Source: Rhodocyclaceae bacterium
GTDB taxonomy: Bacteria; Pseudomonadota; Gammaproteobacteria; Burkholderiales; Rhodocyclaceae
DNA length: 64,000 nucleotides
Reading direction: 5' to 3'
NCBI GenBank assembly: GCA_035443825.1
Contig: DAOMNN010000006.1
Location: forward strand, 2,204 to 66,203
Shown: in pieces, positions 37,168 through 48,382 of the stretch
How the letters are laid out: each line of letters opens with the position of its first letter
How positions within the stretch are numbered: position 1 is the stretch's first letter
Made by a program: the position numbers and the translations under genes
The notes under the pieces: generated by a model
Database searches by the model: none
Seen by the model: the letters and a program-made list of their open reading frames with translations, nothing else
Told to the model about the DNA's origin: nothing

Positions 37168-38703
37168 TCAGACCTGGGGATTGAGGCGCTCGGTATTTCC
37201 GTGCAGTTTGTTGAGGGCGTTCAGGTAGGCCTTGGCCGAGGCGACGATGATGTCGGTATCGGCGCCCTGACCATTGACGACCTTGCCGTCGCGTGCGAGA
37301 CGGACCGTTACCTCACCCTGCGCGTCGGTGCCTGTCGTGATCGCGTTGACGGAGTACAGCATCAGTTCGGTACCGCTGTGCGCCACCGACTCGATCGCCT
37401 TGAATGCGGCATCGACCGGGCCGGATCCTTCGGCCCTCGCTCGCACCTCCTTGCCGCCGGCAGCCAGCGTAATCTCGGCTTCGGGCGTTTCTCCCGTTTC
37501 GGAGTGGAAGCGCGATGCCACGAGGCGGAAATGCTCCCGCTCCGGCGTGACTTCCTCGTCGCTCATCATCGCATGGAGATCCTCGTCGAAGATCTCGTGC
37601 TTCTTGTCGGCGAGTTCCTTGAAACGTGCAAATGCATGATTGAGGTGATCTTCCGATTCGATCACGATGCCGATTTCCTGCAGGCGGGTCCGGAACGCGT
37701 TGCGCCCCGAGTGCTTGCCCAGAACCAGCTTGTTCGCGCCCCAGCCCACGTCTTCGGCACGCATGATCTCGTAGGTTTCGCGATGCTTGAGCACGCCGTC
37801 CTGGTGGATGCCGGATTCATGCGAGAAGGCGTTTGCGCCCACGATGGCCTTGTTCGGCTGCACCGGGAAACCCGTCACACCCGACACGAGCTTCGATGCC
37901 GGCACGATCTGGGTTGCATCGATACGGGTATCGCACTCGAAGATGTCGCGCCGGGTGCGAACGGCCATCACCACCTCCTCGAGCGATGCATTACCCGCAC
38001 GCTCGCCCAGACCGTTGACGGTGCACTCGACCTGGCGTGCCCCTGCCTTGACGGCGGCCAGCGAGTTCGCGACTGCGAGTCCGAGATCGTTGTGGCAATG
38101 AACCGACCAGACGACCTTGTCGGAGTCCGGAACCCGCTCGATCAGGGTGCGGATCGTCGCGGCGAACTGTTCCGGCACGTTGTACCCGACCGTGTCGGGC
38201 ACGTTGATCGTGGTTGCGCCGGCCTTGATGACCGCTTCGAAAACACGACACAGGAAGTCGATTTCAGAGCGGCCGGCGTCTTCGGCGGAGAACTCGATGT
38301 CGTCGGTGTACTCGCGCGCCCACCCGATCGCCTTGACCGCCTGCTCGACAACCTGATCCGGCGTCATGCGAAGTTTCTTCTCCATGTGAATCGGGCTGGT
38401 TGCGATGAAGGTGTGGATACGACCCATCGCCGCCGGGCGAATCGCCTCGCCGGCACGCCTGATGTCGTTCTCGTTGGCGCGCGCGAGCGAACACACCGTT
38501 GATTCGCGGATGGCCTCGGCGATGGACCGGACGGCCTCGAAGTCGCCGTTCGACGCTGCGGCGAAGCCCGCCTCGATGACGTCGACACGCATTCGCTCGA
38601 GCTGTCGAGCAATGCGCAGCTTTTCGTCACGCGTCATCGATGCTCCAGGGCTTTGCTCACCGTCGCGCAAGGTGGTGTCGAATATGATCAAGTGGTCTGT
38701 CAT
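37168..38703 (-). CDS. leuA: 2-isopropylmalate synthase
   Basis: 511 aa. [31 protein letters not shown], and a C-terminal LeuA dimerisation/regulatory domain. Confidence 0.97.
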   Translation of the reverse strand: MTDHLIIFDTTLRDGEQSPGASMTRDEKLRIARQLERMRVDVIEAGFAAASNGDFEAVRSIAEAIRESTVCSLARANENDIRRAGEAIRPAAMGRIHTFIATSPIHMEKKLRMTPDQVVEQAVKAIGWAREYTDDIEFSAEDAGRSEIDFLCRVFEAVIKAGATTINVPDTVGYNVPEQFAATIRTLIERVPDSDKVVWSVHCHNDLGLAVANSLAAVKAGARQVECTVNGLGERAGNASLEEVVMAVRTRRDIFECDTRIDATQIVPASKLVSGVTGFPVQPNKAIVGANAFSHESGIHQDGVLKHRETYEIMRAEDVGWGANKLVLGKHSGRNAFRTRLQEIGIVIESEDHLNHAFARFKELADKKHEIFDEDLHAMMSDEEVTPEREHFRLVASRFHSETGETPEAEITLAAGGKEVRARAEGSGPVDAAFKAIESVAHSGTELMLYSVNAITTGTDAQGEVTVRLARDGKVVNGQGADTDIIVASAKAYLNALNKLHGNTERLNPQV

Positions 38704-38803
38704 GACTTGCTCCTGCCGGGGTTCGAAAAATCAATGGATATGCAAGCGTCGCCTGCGCACTGCGCTGGCGGCATGAATACGACAAAGGGGAGGGGGGTGT
38801 CTT

Positions 38804-38890
38804 TTAGCGCGCGGGGCGCAGCAGCGGGCCAAGCAGCAGGCTCGCCAGAAGGGGGAATTGCACGAAGGAGGGGTTGCTTTCGAGCATCAT
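38804..38890 (-). promoter_or_regulatory. candidate Leu-rich leader mini-ORF in the 314-nt leuA upstream region
   Basis: ATGATGCTC...TAA encodes MMLESNPSFVQFPLLASLLLGPLLRPAR (8 Leu of 28). A sigma70-like TTGCAT-N18-TATAGT (38927-38898) lies directly upstream. No clean terminator is seen. Confidence 0.3.
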
Positions 38891-39017
38891 GCGTCCGACT
38901 ATAAACCGGAGCTTCCGGAAAATGCAAGAAGGAATGCGTTTGCGTCTGCCTATCGAGGCGATCACCCCGCTTCATGGGTCAAAGTCCGGGCAATCCCACA
39001 ACTGCTGCGCGCATCAC

Positions 39018-39827
39018 TTATGCGTTGCGATCGTCCCCTTCTTCCGTCGGCACATCCGCCGGAGGCTCGCCTGCCGTTTCCGATTCCCTGGCTGCCACCA
39101 TGCGTCGGCGTCGGAACCAGCGCCAGATCCAGATGAAATAGCCCGAGGCCGCGTAGATTATGAAGAGTCCGAACAACACGCCCGGGGGGTAACTCGACAC
39201 GAGTGCGAATGCGAGGACGACCGCAATCACGACGATGAAGGGCACGCTCTTGCGCAGGTTGATGTCCTTGCCGCTCCAGAACAGCACGTTGCTGACCATG
39301 GACAGACCGGCGAACACCGTCAGGGCCAGCGCGAACCACCGCACATCCTCCCCGGTCAGCCCGTTATCCATGACCACCCAGACCATTCCGGCGATCAGTG
39401 CCGCGGCTGCCGGGCTGGGCAGGCCCTGGAAGAAGCGCTTGTCGACGACGTTGATGTTGGTGTTGAAGCGTGCGAGGCGCAAGGCGGCGCCGGCACAGAA
39501 GATGAATGCTGCGATCCAGCCGAGTTTGCCCATGTCCTTGAGCGCCCACTCGTACATCACCAAAGCGGGTGCGGCTCCGAAGGAGACCATGTCGGAGAGC
39601 GAGTCGTATTCCGCACCGAACTCGCTTTGCGTGTGGGTCAGGCGCGCCACCCGACCATCCAGACCGTCGAGCACCATCGCAACGAATATCGCCACTGCGG
39701 CGTATTCGAAGCGATGATTCATCGCCTGGACGATGGCGTAGAAGCCGGCGAACAGCGCTGCCGTGGTGAACAGGTTCGGCAGGATGTAAATGCCGCGCCG
39801 TCGCTTCTCGAGAGAGATCAGTGGCAT
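39018..39827 (-). CDS. pssA: CDP-diacylglycerol--serine O-phosphatidyltransferase
   Basis: I chose start MPLISLEKRRRGIYILPN... The CDP-alcohol phosphatidyltransferase motif is DGLDGRVARLTHTQSEFGAEYDSLSD. Several TM segments. Confidence 0.92.
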   Translation of the reverse strand: MPLISLEKRRRGIYILPNLFTTAALFAGFYAIVQAMNHRFEYAAVAIFVAMVLDGLDGRVARLTHTQSEFGAEYDSLSDMVSFGAAPALVMYEWALKDMGKLGWIAAFIFCAGAALRLARFNTNINVVDKRFFQGLPSPAAAALIAGMVWVVMDNGLTGEDVRWFALALTVFAGLSMVSNVLFWSGKDINLRKSVPFIVVIAVVLAFALVSSYPPGVLFGLFIIYAASGYFIWIWRWFRRRRMVAARESETAGEPPADVPTEEGDDRNA

Positions 39828-39960
39828 GCAGAAATTCCAGTCGGACGCTGCCGGTTGTGCGGGATCGCCTGCCATTTTAACGCAAGCCCGCACCAATGAT
39901 GGTGCGAAGGGTCGTGGTGCGCTGCACGGGTGGCCGACGACGGACGGCGGGGTGTCCCGA

Positions 39961-40013
39961 CGAAAAGCAAACGCCGGGCGCGGGAGGGCAACTCGTCCTC
40001 CCGCGCCCGGCGT
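39961..40013 (-). terminator. rho-independent terminator of ilvC
   Basis: Perfect 17-bp stem ACGCCGGGCGCGGGAGG / CCTCCCGCGCCCGGCGT with a 9-nt loop. On the minus strand it is followed by UUGCUUUUCG. It lies 17 nt after the ilvC stop. Confidence 0.85.
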
Positions 40014-40029
40014 TGGTCGTGCGGGGCAA

Positions 40030-41560
<1,531 letters not shown>

Positions 41561-41645
41561 GGATTAGCTCTAGCGAGGTTCGTGAAAAATGCGCAGCTGC
41601 GGCACGGGGACGCGGATCGCCGTCGTCGCGTGTCCGCGTGTCGAT

Positions 41646-43355
41646 TCAGAGGTCTTCAGCCGAGAGGATCATTTCGGTCAGCCCCTTGCCGCCCTGAACC
41701 ATGGGGTAGACGTTTTCGGTCTGATCTACCTGGAAGTCCAGGAATACCAGATCGTTCTTCCGGCTGAATGCTTCGCGAATGGCACCTTCGACGTCGCCGG
41801 GCTTGTCGACCCGGATGCCAACGTGACCGTAGGCTTCGGCCAGCCGGGCGAAGTCGGGCAGCGAGTCCATGTAGGACTCGGAGTAACGTCCGCCGTGGAA
41901 GAGTTCCTGCCACTGGCGCACCATGCCCAGATAGCGGTTGTTGAGGTTGCAGATCTTGATCGGGAGGCGGAACTGCTTGCACGTGGACAGTTCCTGGATG
42001 CACATCTGGATCGACGCCTCGCCGGTGATACAGGCCACCTGCGCATCGGGATGCGCGAGTTGCGCCCCCATCGCGTAGGGGAGTCCGACGCCCATGGTGC
42101 CGAGGCCACCCGAATTGAGCCACCGGCGGGGCTTGTCGAAGCGGTAGTACTGGGCCGCCCACATCTGGTGCTGGCCGACATCGGAGGTGACGAACGCGTC
42201 TCCGCCGGTGACCTCCCACAGTGTCTGCACCACGTATTGCGGCTTGATGATCTCGTCCGAGTTCTTGAACTTCATGCAGTCCCGGCGGCGCCACTCCTCG
42301 ACCTGTTTCCACCAGTTGCCGAGTGCGTCAGGGTCGGGTCGTGCCTGGGACGACTCGATCTGCCGGATCATTTCATCGAGGACTTCGCAAACGTCGCCGA
42401 CGATCGGGATATCGACCTTCACCCGCTTCGAGATGGATGACGGATCGATGTCGACATGCACGATCTTGCGGGGTTCTTCGGCGAAATGTGCGGGATTTCC
42501 GATCACGCGATCATCGAAGCGTGCGCCGATGGCGAGCAGTACGTCGCAGAAGTGCATCGACATGTTGGCTTCGTACGTACCGTGCATGCCCGGCATGCCG
42601 AGGTACTGCCGATCGCTGGCGGGATAGCTGCCCAGACCCATCAGTGTGTTCGTGATGGGGAAACCGAGCAGGCGGGTGAGCTTTGTGAGTCGTTCCGCCG
42701 CATTCGACAGGATGACGCCGCCGCCCGTGTAGATCATGGGGCGTTTCGCTTCCAGCAACAACTGCACGGCCTTGCGGATCTGCCCCTGATGGCCCTTGAC
42801 CACCGGATTGTACGAGCGCATCACGATCTCGGCCGGATACTCGTACTCGCACTTGTGCATCGACACATCCTTGGGGATGTCGACGAGGACCGGTCCGGGG
42901 CGGCCGGTCCTGGCCAGGACGAAAGCCTTCTTCATCGTAGTGGCGATGTCGCGCACGTCCTTGACGAGAAAGTTGTGCTTCACGCACGGCCGCGTGATCC
43001 CGACCGTGTCGACTTCCTGGAACGCATCCTGGCCGATCGCCGCGGTCGGAACCTGGCCGGAGATGATCACCATCGGGATGGAATCGCAGTACGCGGTTGC
43101 GATACCGGTGACCGCGTTGGTGGCCCCCGGTCCGGAGGTCACGAGTGCAACGCCGACCTTTTCGGTGGAGCGGGCAAACCCGTCGGCGGCGTGAACCGCA
43201 GCCTGTTCGTGCCGCACGAGCACATGACGCACCTGATCCTGATTGAAGAGGGCATCGTAAATGAATAGCACGGCACCACCCGGATAGCCGAATACGTAGT
43301 CGACCTTTTCTTCCTGCAGGCACCTGATTACAATTTCCGCTCCAGTCAGCACCAT
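41646..43355 (-). CDS. ilvI: acetolactate synthase large (catalytic) subunit
   Basis: 569 aa. GYPGGAVL, TSGPGATN, and TPP motif GGLGTMGVGLPYAMGA...GEASIQMCIQEL. Confidence 0.97.
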   Translation of the reverse strand: MVLTGAEIVIRCLQEEKVDYVFGYPGGAVLFIYDALFNQDQVRHVLVRHEQAAVHAADGFARSTEKVGVALVTSGPGATNAVTGIATAYCDSIPMVIISGQVPTAAIGQDAFQEVDTVGITRPCVKHNFLVKDVRDIATTMKKAFVLARTGRPGPVLVDIPKDVSMHKCEYEYPAEIVMRSYNPVVKGHQGQIRKAVQLLLEAKRPMIYTGGGVILSNAAERLTKLTRLLGFPITNTLMGLGSYPASDRQYLGMPGMHGTYEANMSMHFCDVLLAIGARFDDRVIGNPAHFAEEPRKIVHVDIDPSSISKRVKVDIPIVGDVCEVLDEMIRQIESSQARPDPDALGNWWKQVEEWRRRDCMKFKNSDEIIKPQYVVQTLWEVTGGDAFVTSDVGQHQMWAAQYYRFDKPRRWLNSGGLGTMGVGLPYAMGAQLAHPDAQVACITGEASIQMCIQELSTCKQFRLPIKICNLNNRYLGMVRQWQELFHGGRYSESYMDSLPDFARLAEAYGHVGIRVDKPGDVEGAIREAFSRKNDLVFLDFQVDQTENVYPMVQGGKGLTEMILSAEDL

Positions 43356-43411
43356 CGCAAGCTCGCTCTCGCACAGATTCCAAACGACGAACGTTACCGT
43401 TCGGCCGCTTT

Positions 43412-44050
43412 TTGGTCAAGGCCGTTGCTGCGTCGCGCAAGGCTGCGGCCCGTTTCCTACAAGTCAAGGATCACCAGCTGGCTTCTCGCGCAGAACTTTC
43501 CGCATTCCTCGAGGGCGTCGAACGGCGTGCATTCAAGCATGCGCTGTATACGTTGAGGAACGAGGAGGCGGCGCTGGACGCCGTGCAGGATGCGATGCTG
43601 AAGCTGTCCGTCAGTTACGGGCAGCGTCCGGCCAATGAGTTTCCGCGGCTGTTCCAGCGTATCCTGAGCAACGTCATCTACGATATGCTGCGGCGCCAGA
43701 AAGTGCGCAGTCACTGGATCACGGCATTCGCGGATATCTTCCGGAGTGCCGATGACGAGGAAGGCGCAGCCGATCCGCTCGAAACCCTCCGCACAGACCA
43801 GGCCGACGCGAATGCGCAGACGCCCCACGGCTTGCATGAGCAGGCGCGCATCATGGCAGCGATCGAGCAGGAAGTAGCACGGCTGCCGCATCGTCAACGG
43901 GAGGCATTTCTGATGCGTTACTGGGAGGAGATGGATATTGCCGAAACTGCTGCGGCCATGGGGTGTTCCGAGGGAAGCGTGAAGACGCATTGCTCGCGCG
44001 CGACACGGACGTTGGCTGCGGCCCTCAGAGCGAAGGGGATCGTTCCATGA
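43412..44050 (+). CDS. ECF-type RNA polymerase sigma factor
   Basis: Region 2 (ALDAVQDAMLKL..., FPRLFQRILSNVIYDMLRR) and region 4 (REAFLMRYWEEMDIAETAAAMGCSEGSVKTHCSRA). The TTG start is uncertain. Confidence 0.88.
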   Translation: MVKAVAASRKAAARFLQVKDHQLASRAELSAFLEGVERRAFKHALYTLRNEEAALDAVQDAMLKLSVSYGQRPANEFPRLFQRILSNVIYDMLRRQKVRSHWITAFADIFRSADDEEGAADPLETLRTDQADANAQTPHGLHEQARIMAAIEQEVARLPHRQREAFLMRYWEEMDIAETAAAMGCSEGSVKTHCSRATRTLAAALRAKGIVP

Positions 44051-44427
44051 ACGACGAAATGTTCGTGCGCAGGATTGCGGGCCACCTGTCGGCGGCGGCG
44101 AGGGACGTCGATCCTGTCGTCGGCGAGCGGCTGCGCAATGCGCGTGAGCGGGCACTGCAAGTGCAGCGCAAAGGGGGGTTCTTTGCCTTGTTCCAGCAGC
44201 ATGCCTTGGCGCTTCGCGTGCGATTTGCATTGGCGCCTGCATTGAGATCGTCTGCGATGGCGGTGGTTTTGGTGGCCGTATTCCTTGGGGGTGACTATTG
44301 GACGACCGTGTCGCGCGTCACTGCCTTGCAGGAGGTCGATGCGGCGCTGCTGATGGACGATCTGCCGATCGAAGCGTATCTGGATCCGGATTTCAGGGCA
44401 TGGCTGTCTCGCGATTCGCATTCCTGA
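44047..44427 (+). CDS. DUF3619-like membrane protein (putative anti-sigma partner)
   Basis: ATG overlaps the sigma stop (ATGA). 126 aa with one central TM segment (AMAVVLVAVFLGG). Family name is from memory. Confidence 0.65.
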   Translation: MNDEMFVRRIAGHLSAAARDVDPVVGERLRNARERALQVQRKGGFFALFQQHALALRVRFALAPALRSSAMAVVLVAVFLGGDYWTTVSRVTALQEVDAALLMDDLPIEAYLDPDFRAWLSRDSHS

Positions 44428-44825
44428 TCGCGCTCCTGCTGCTGGCCGGATCCGCTCTTGCGCTGACGCCACTGGGCGCACCACAATGGCAGGAACTCAG
44501 TCCCGCCCAGCGCGATGTGCTGGCGCCTCTGGCGGGGGATTGGGACCGGATGGGCGATGCGCATCGCCAGAAGTGGGTTGGCATTGCGGACAGTTTCGAC
44601 CGATTGACGGCGGAAGAGCAGTTGCGGATCCGCCAGCGCATGAAAGCGTGGGCGGATCTGAGCCCGGAAGAACGCGAGCGGGCGCGCGATCAGTATCGGG
44701 CATTGCGCAACATGCCGCCAGAGCAGCGCGAGGGCCTGCGCGAGCAATGGCAGCAGTACAGGAATCTGCCGCCGGATGAGCGGCGCAGCAAGGATGCCGA
44801 CCCGGCCAGATCCGGAGGCAGGTAG
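44400..44825 (+). CDS. DUF3106-like exported repeat protein
   Basis: Signal peptide MAVSRFAFLIALLLLAGSALA, then repeated helix motifs ...QRxxxxxW...PEER/PEQR... Overlaps the previous gene by 28 nt. Confidence 0.65.
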   Translation: MAVSRFAFLIALLLLAGSALALTPLGAPQWQELSPAQRDVLAPLAGDWDRMGDAHRQKWVGIADSFDRLTAEEQLRIRQRMKAWADLSPEERERARDQYRALRNMPPEQREGLREQWQQYRNLPPDERRSKDADPARSGGR

Positions 44826-44856
44826 ACTGCGGTGGCCGTCCCGAACGAATGACAAA

Positions 44857-45333
44857 ATGGTCTGCGCAATGCATCCGGAAACAAACGTGTCGTCACGCCT
44901 GATCGTCGAACTGGCGGGTCTGCGCCGCAGACTTGCAAGCCTGCTGTATGAATCCCTGCTACTTCTCGGTGTCCTCGGGGTGGCATTCATCCTTCCCTAC
45001 GTGTTGCTCGGCATGCTCTTCGAGTTGGCCGTACCTGGGTGGTTCATGTGGGTGCACGTATTCGCGTTGCTCGGTCTGTATTTCGTGTGGTACTGGGCAG
45101 GTCGGGGTCAGACGCTGGCGATGCAGACCTGGCGGCTGAGGCTGGTATGTGCCTCCGACGGCGGTACGGTGCCGCTGGCAAGGGCGATCCTGCGCTATGT
45201 ACTGGCGTGGCCGTCGGTGCTGTGTCTTGGTCTCGGGCTGGCCTGGGCGCTCGCCGACCGCGATCGTCAGTTTCTGCACGATCGCATCGCCGGGACGCGG
45301 GTCGTACTGCTGCCCGTTGCCGCGAGTACCTGA
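44857..45333 (+). CDS. RDD-family membrane protein
   Basis: LAGLRRRLASLLYESLLL... with three TM segments and ...LADRDRQFLHDRIAGTRVV at the C-terminus, typical of the RDD family. Confidence 0.75.
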   Translation: MVCAMHPETNVSSRLIVELAGLRRRLASLLYESLLLLGVLGVAFILPYVLLGMLFELAVPGWFMWVHVFALLGLYFVWYWAGRGQTLAMQTWRLRLVCASDGGTVPLARAILRYVLAWPSVLCLGLGLAWALADRDRQFLHDRIAGTRVVLLPVAAST

Positions 45334-45411
45334 ATGAGTCGCCTGGTGCTGAGCCGTGCGCCGATCGAGTAAGATGAACGGGGCATCTAACAGTTTTGTC
45401 GGACGGCTTGA

Positions 45412-48255
45412 ATGACCGCATCATCCCCTTCGGACGAACAGCAGCGCGCCTCGCATCACGCCCGAAGTGCGAAGGAGGTCCTTGCCGACTTCGACGTGAC
45501 ACGTGCCGCTGGTCTCTCGGCCGAAGAGGCTGCCGCTAGACTGGAGCGCTTCGGGCGTAACGCCCTTCCTGCGCCCAGGCGGCGGGGGCCGTTCCTGCGC
45601 TTTCTGCTGCAGTTCCACAATGTACTTATCTATGTACTCGTTGCGGCGGGTGTCGTGACGGCGCTGCTCGGGCACTGGATCGACAGCGGCGTGATCTTCG
45701 GTGTGGTGTTGATCAACGCGATCATCGGATTCATTCAGGAGGGCAAGGCCGAACAGGCACTCGATGCGATCCGGAAGATGCTGTCCCTGCGCGCACAGGT
45801 CGTGCGCGGTGGGCACCGGAAGGAGATCCCGGCAGAGGAGGTGGTGCCCGGAGACATCGTCTTTCTCGCCTCGGGCGACAAGGTCCCGGCCGATCTCAGG
45901 CTGATCGAGGTGCGCAGCCTGCGGGTGGAGGAAGCCGCGCTGACCGGTGAGTCGGTGCCGGTGGAAAAGAACATCGACGCGGTGGCGGAGGATGCCGCTC
46001 TCGGTGACCGCGCCGCGATGGCCTATTCTGGAACGCTCGTTGCATACGGTCAGGCAGTGGGGGTCGCAGTGGCCACCGGCTCGGCAACCGAGATCGGCCG
46101 CATCAGTGCGATGCTCGGCAAGGTGGAGGAACTGACCACGCCACTGTTGCGCCAGCTCGGGGTATTCGGCCGCTGGCTGACCTGGGCTATCCTGGCGATA
46201 GCCGGGATAGCATTCGCGTTCGGCACCCTGGTCCGTGACTACACGGCCGATGAGATGTTTCTCGCCGCGGTGGGTCTCGCGGTGGCGGCAATTCCGGAGG
46301 GGCTGCCGGCAATCATGACGATCACGCTCGCGATCGGCGTCCAGCGCATGGCACGACGAAATGCCATCATCCGTCGTTTGCCGTCGGTGGAGGCGCTGGG
46401 TTCGGTAACAGTGATCTGCTCGGACAAGACCGGGACGCTTACGCGTAACGAGATGACGGCCCAGCGCGTGGTGACTGCGGCCGATCGTTTCGCTGTGTCG
46501 GGCGTAGGATATGCGCCGCACGGCGCATTCTCGCGTCAGGCGACCGGTGGTGCGAGCGGGTCGCAATCGTTCCTGCTTCGCGTTCTGTTCGGTGCGGACC
46601 TGCTCGAAGACGACCGCGTCGGCGCGACGGTCGCCTCTGAGCCGGGAGAGGTTTCGATCGAGGGCGAGCCCGTGCTGCTGGAGGCCGCGCGTGCCGCACT
46701 GCTGTGCAACGACGCGAGCATTCGCGAAGAGTCCGGCGAATGGTGTCTGCGAGGGGATCCTACCGAGGGTGCATTGGTCACGGTTGCACTCAAGGCTGGC
46801 CTGGAGACCGAATTCGAATGTGAATCCCTGCCACGCACGGATGTGATTCCCTTCGAATCCGAACACCGCTTCATGGCGACCCTGCATCATGACCACCAAG
46901 GGCGGGGGCGGGTCTATCTGAAGGGGGCGCCCGAGCGTGTGTTCGAGCTGTGCACGAGACAGCGCCTGAGCGATGGCGATGCGCCGATCGACAAACCCCG
47001 CTGGCAAGCGGCGATGGACGATGTCGCGGCCGAAGGCATGCGTTTGCTGGCGGTGGCGGTACGCGAAGGTGAGGATGGGCTGAAGGCGTTGACATTCGAT
47101 GATGTCGAGCGCGGTGGGTTTACCCTGCTTGCGGTCTTCGGGCTTTCCGATCCACCGCGTGAGGAGGCGATCGAAGCAGTCGCACGCTGCCTCTCGGCAG
47201 GCATCCGGGTCAAGATGATTACCGGCGACCATGTCGCCACCGCGAAGGCCATCGGAATCCAACTCGGCCTCGCTCGCGAAATTCGGGCGGTCACCGGGGC
47301 GCAGATCGAGCAGATGGACGATGCGGCGATTGCGGCAATGGTGCTCGACACCCAGATCTTCGCGCGTGCGAGTCCTGAACACAAACTGCGTCTGGTCACC
47401 GCGCTGCAGTCCCGCGGCGAGGTCGTTGCGATGACCGGGGATGGTGTCAACGACGCACCAGCCCTCAAGCGTGCCGATGTCGGGGTAGCAATGGGGCACA
47501 AGGGTACGGAGGCAGCAAAGGAAGCCTCCGAGATGGTGCTGGCCGATGACAACTTTGCGTCCGTTACTGCCGCGGTCGAGGAAGGACGCACGGTCTACGA
47601 CAACATCAAGAAGGCGATCGTATTCATTTTGCCGACCAACATCGGGCAGGCCGGGATCGTCTTTTTCGCAATACTGTTCGGGATGACGATGCCGATCACG
47701 CCGGCGCAGATCCTGTGGGTGAACATGATCACGGCGGTGACGCTTGCACTTGCGCTTGCGTTCGAGCTTCCGGAACGGAACATCATGCAACGTCCGCCGC
47801 GATCACCCTCCGAGCCGATACTGGGACCCTTTCTGATCTGGCGGGTGGTATTCGTCGGGGTTCTGTTGGTCGCGGGGGGGATGGGCTTCTTCGTGTGGGA
47901 ACTCGAACGCGGCGAAACACTTGAGGTTGCGCGCACGGCAGCGGTCAATGCGGTGCTCGTCGGCGAGGCATTCTATCTGTTCAACGTGCGCAGCTTTACC
48001 GACCCCGTTCTGAATCGAAGCGGATTGACGGGCAACCGCTACATACTGGCCGCAATCGCGCTGCTGGTGCTTGCACAGGCCGTGTTTACCTACCTGCCGG
48101 TGATGCAGACGCTGTTCGGAACGGAGGGGCTCGATCTGGCAGCATGGTTGCGGATCGTCGCTTTCGGTATCATCGTCCTGTTGCTGGTCGAGGCCGAGAA
48201 GGCGCTGGTCAGACGAATGGGCCCAGCCAAACCGGCCCGACCAGAGCGGTCGTGA
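45412..48255 (+). CDS. cation-transporting P-type ATPase (P2-like, Ca2+/Mg2+-type)
   Basis: 947 aa. N-terminal cation-ATPase domain, TGES, phosphorylation site CSDKTGTLT, hinge MTGDGVNDAPALK, and about 10 TM segments. Confidence 0.93.
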   Translation: MTASSPSDEQQRASHHARSAKEVLADFDVTRAAGLSAEEAAARLERFGRNALPAPRRRGPFLRFLLQFHNVLIYVLVAAGVVTALLGHWIDSGVIFGVVLINAIIGFIQEGKAEQALDAIRKMLSLRAQVVRGGHRKEIPAEEVVPGDIVFLASGDKVPADLRLIEVRSLRVEEAALTGESVPVEKNIDAVAEDAALGDRAAMAYSGTLVAYGQAVGVAVATGSATEIGRISAMLGKVEELTTPLLRQLGVFGRWLTWAILAIAGIAFAFGTLVRDYTADEMFLAAVGLAVAAIPEGLPAIMTITLAIGVQRMARRNAIIRRLPSVEALGSVTVICSDKTGTLTRNEMTAQRVVTAADRFAVSGVGYAPHGAFSRQATGGASGSQSFLLRVLFGADLLEDDRVGATVASEPGEVSIEGEPVLLEAARAALLCNDASIREESGEWCLRGDPTEGALVTVALKAGLETEFECESLPRTDVIPFESEHRFMATLHHDHQGRGRVYLKGAPERVFELCTRQRLSDGDAPIDKPRWQAAMDDVAAEGMRLLAVAVREGEDGLKALTFDDVERGGFTLLAVFGLSDPPREEAIEAVARCLSAGIRVKMITGDHVATAKAIGIQLGLAREIRAVTGAQIEQMDDAAIAAMVLDTQIFARASPEHKLRLVTALQSRGEVVAMTGDGVNDAPALKRADVGVAMGHKGTEAAKEASEMVLADDNFASVTAAVEEGRTVYDNIKKAIVFILPTNIGQAGIVFFAILFGMTMPITPAQILWVNMITAVTLALALAFELPERNIMQRPPRSPSEPILGPFLIWRVVFVGVLLVAGGMGFFVWELERGETLEVARTAAVNAVLVGEAFYLFNVRSFTDPVLNRSGLTGNRYILAAIALLVLAQAVFTYLPVMQTLFGTEGLDLAAWLRIVAFGIIVLLLVEAEKALVRRMGPAKPARPERS

Positions 48256-48382
48256 GCCGGACGTCGCGTTGATTCCTGAGGATCGTGCACACTGGCCAGT
48301 GTGGTGCATCGATCATCCACATGCACCCTGTCCAAGCGGATACACCCACCGAGGTGACCAAGGACAATGAGGAGAAAACCGA

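Noticed and set aside
38700-38975. 91-aa minus-strand ORF spanning the leuA leader region.
   Set aside because: It overlaps the leuA start, has poor codon bias and no recognisable features. The region is better explained as a long 5' leader (see the Leu-rich mini-ORF finding).
43388-43405. Hairpin CGAACG-ttac-CGTTCG followed by a T-run between ilvI and the sigma gene, considered as an ilv attenuator or terminator.
   Set aside because: - Only a 6-bp stem.
- There is no Ile/Val/Leu-rich leader ORF upstream on the ilvI strand.
- The same bases fit a plain sigma70-like promoter for ilvI (TTGACC-N17-TAACGT, 43419-43391).
- The whole spacer is only about 56 nt.
45386-45404. TTGTCGGACGGCTTGAATG just before the ATPase start resembles the repeat-family terminus CTGTCGGACTTGAG.
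   Set aside because: - Only an 8-mer plus a few bases match.
- There is no partner inverted repeat.
- None of the internal conserved blocks (CGAGCCGAG, GGAAAGCGAGG) is present.
- Most likely chance.
48269-48302. TTGAT half-site and the 16-bp palindrome CACACTGGCCAGTGTG upstream of the universal stress protein gene, considered as an FNR/Crp-type box or the ATPase terminator.
   Set aside because: - No matching ATCAA half-site at the correct 4-nt spacing.
- The palindrome gives only an 8-bp arm with no loop and no following U-run.
- This is too weak to call.
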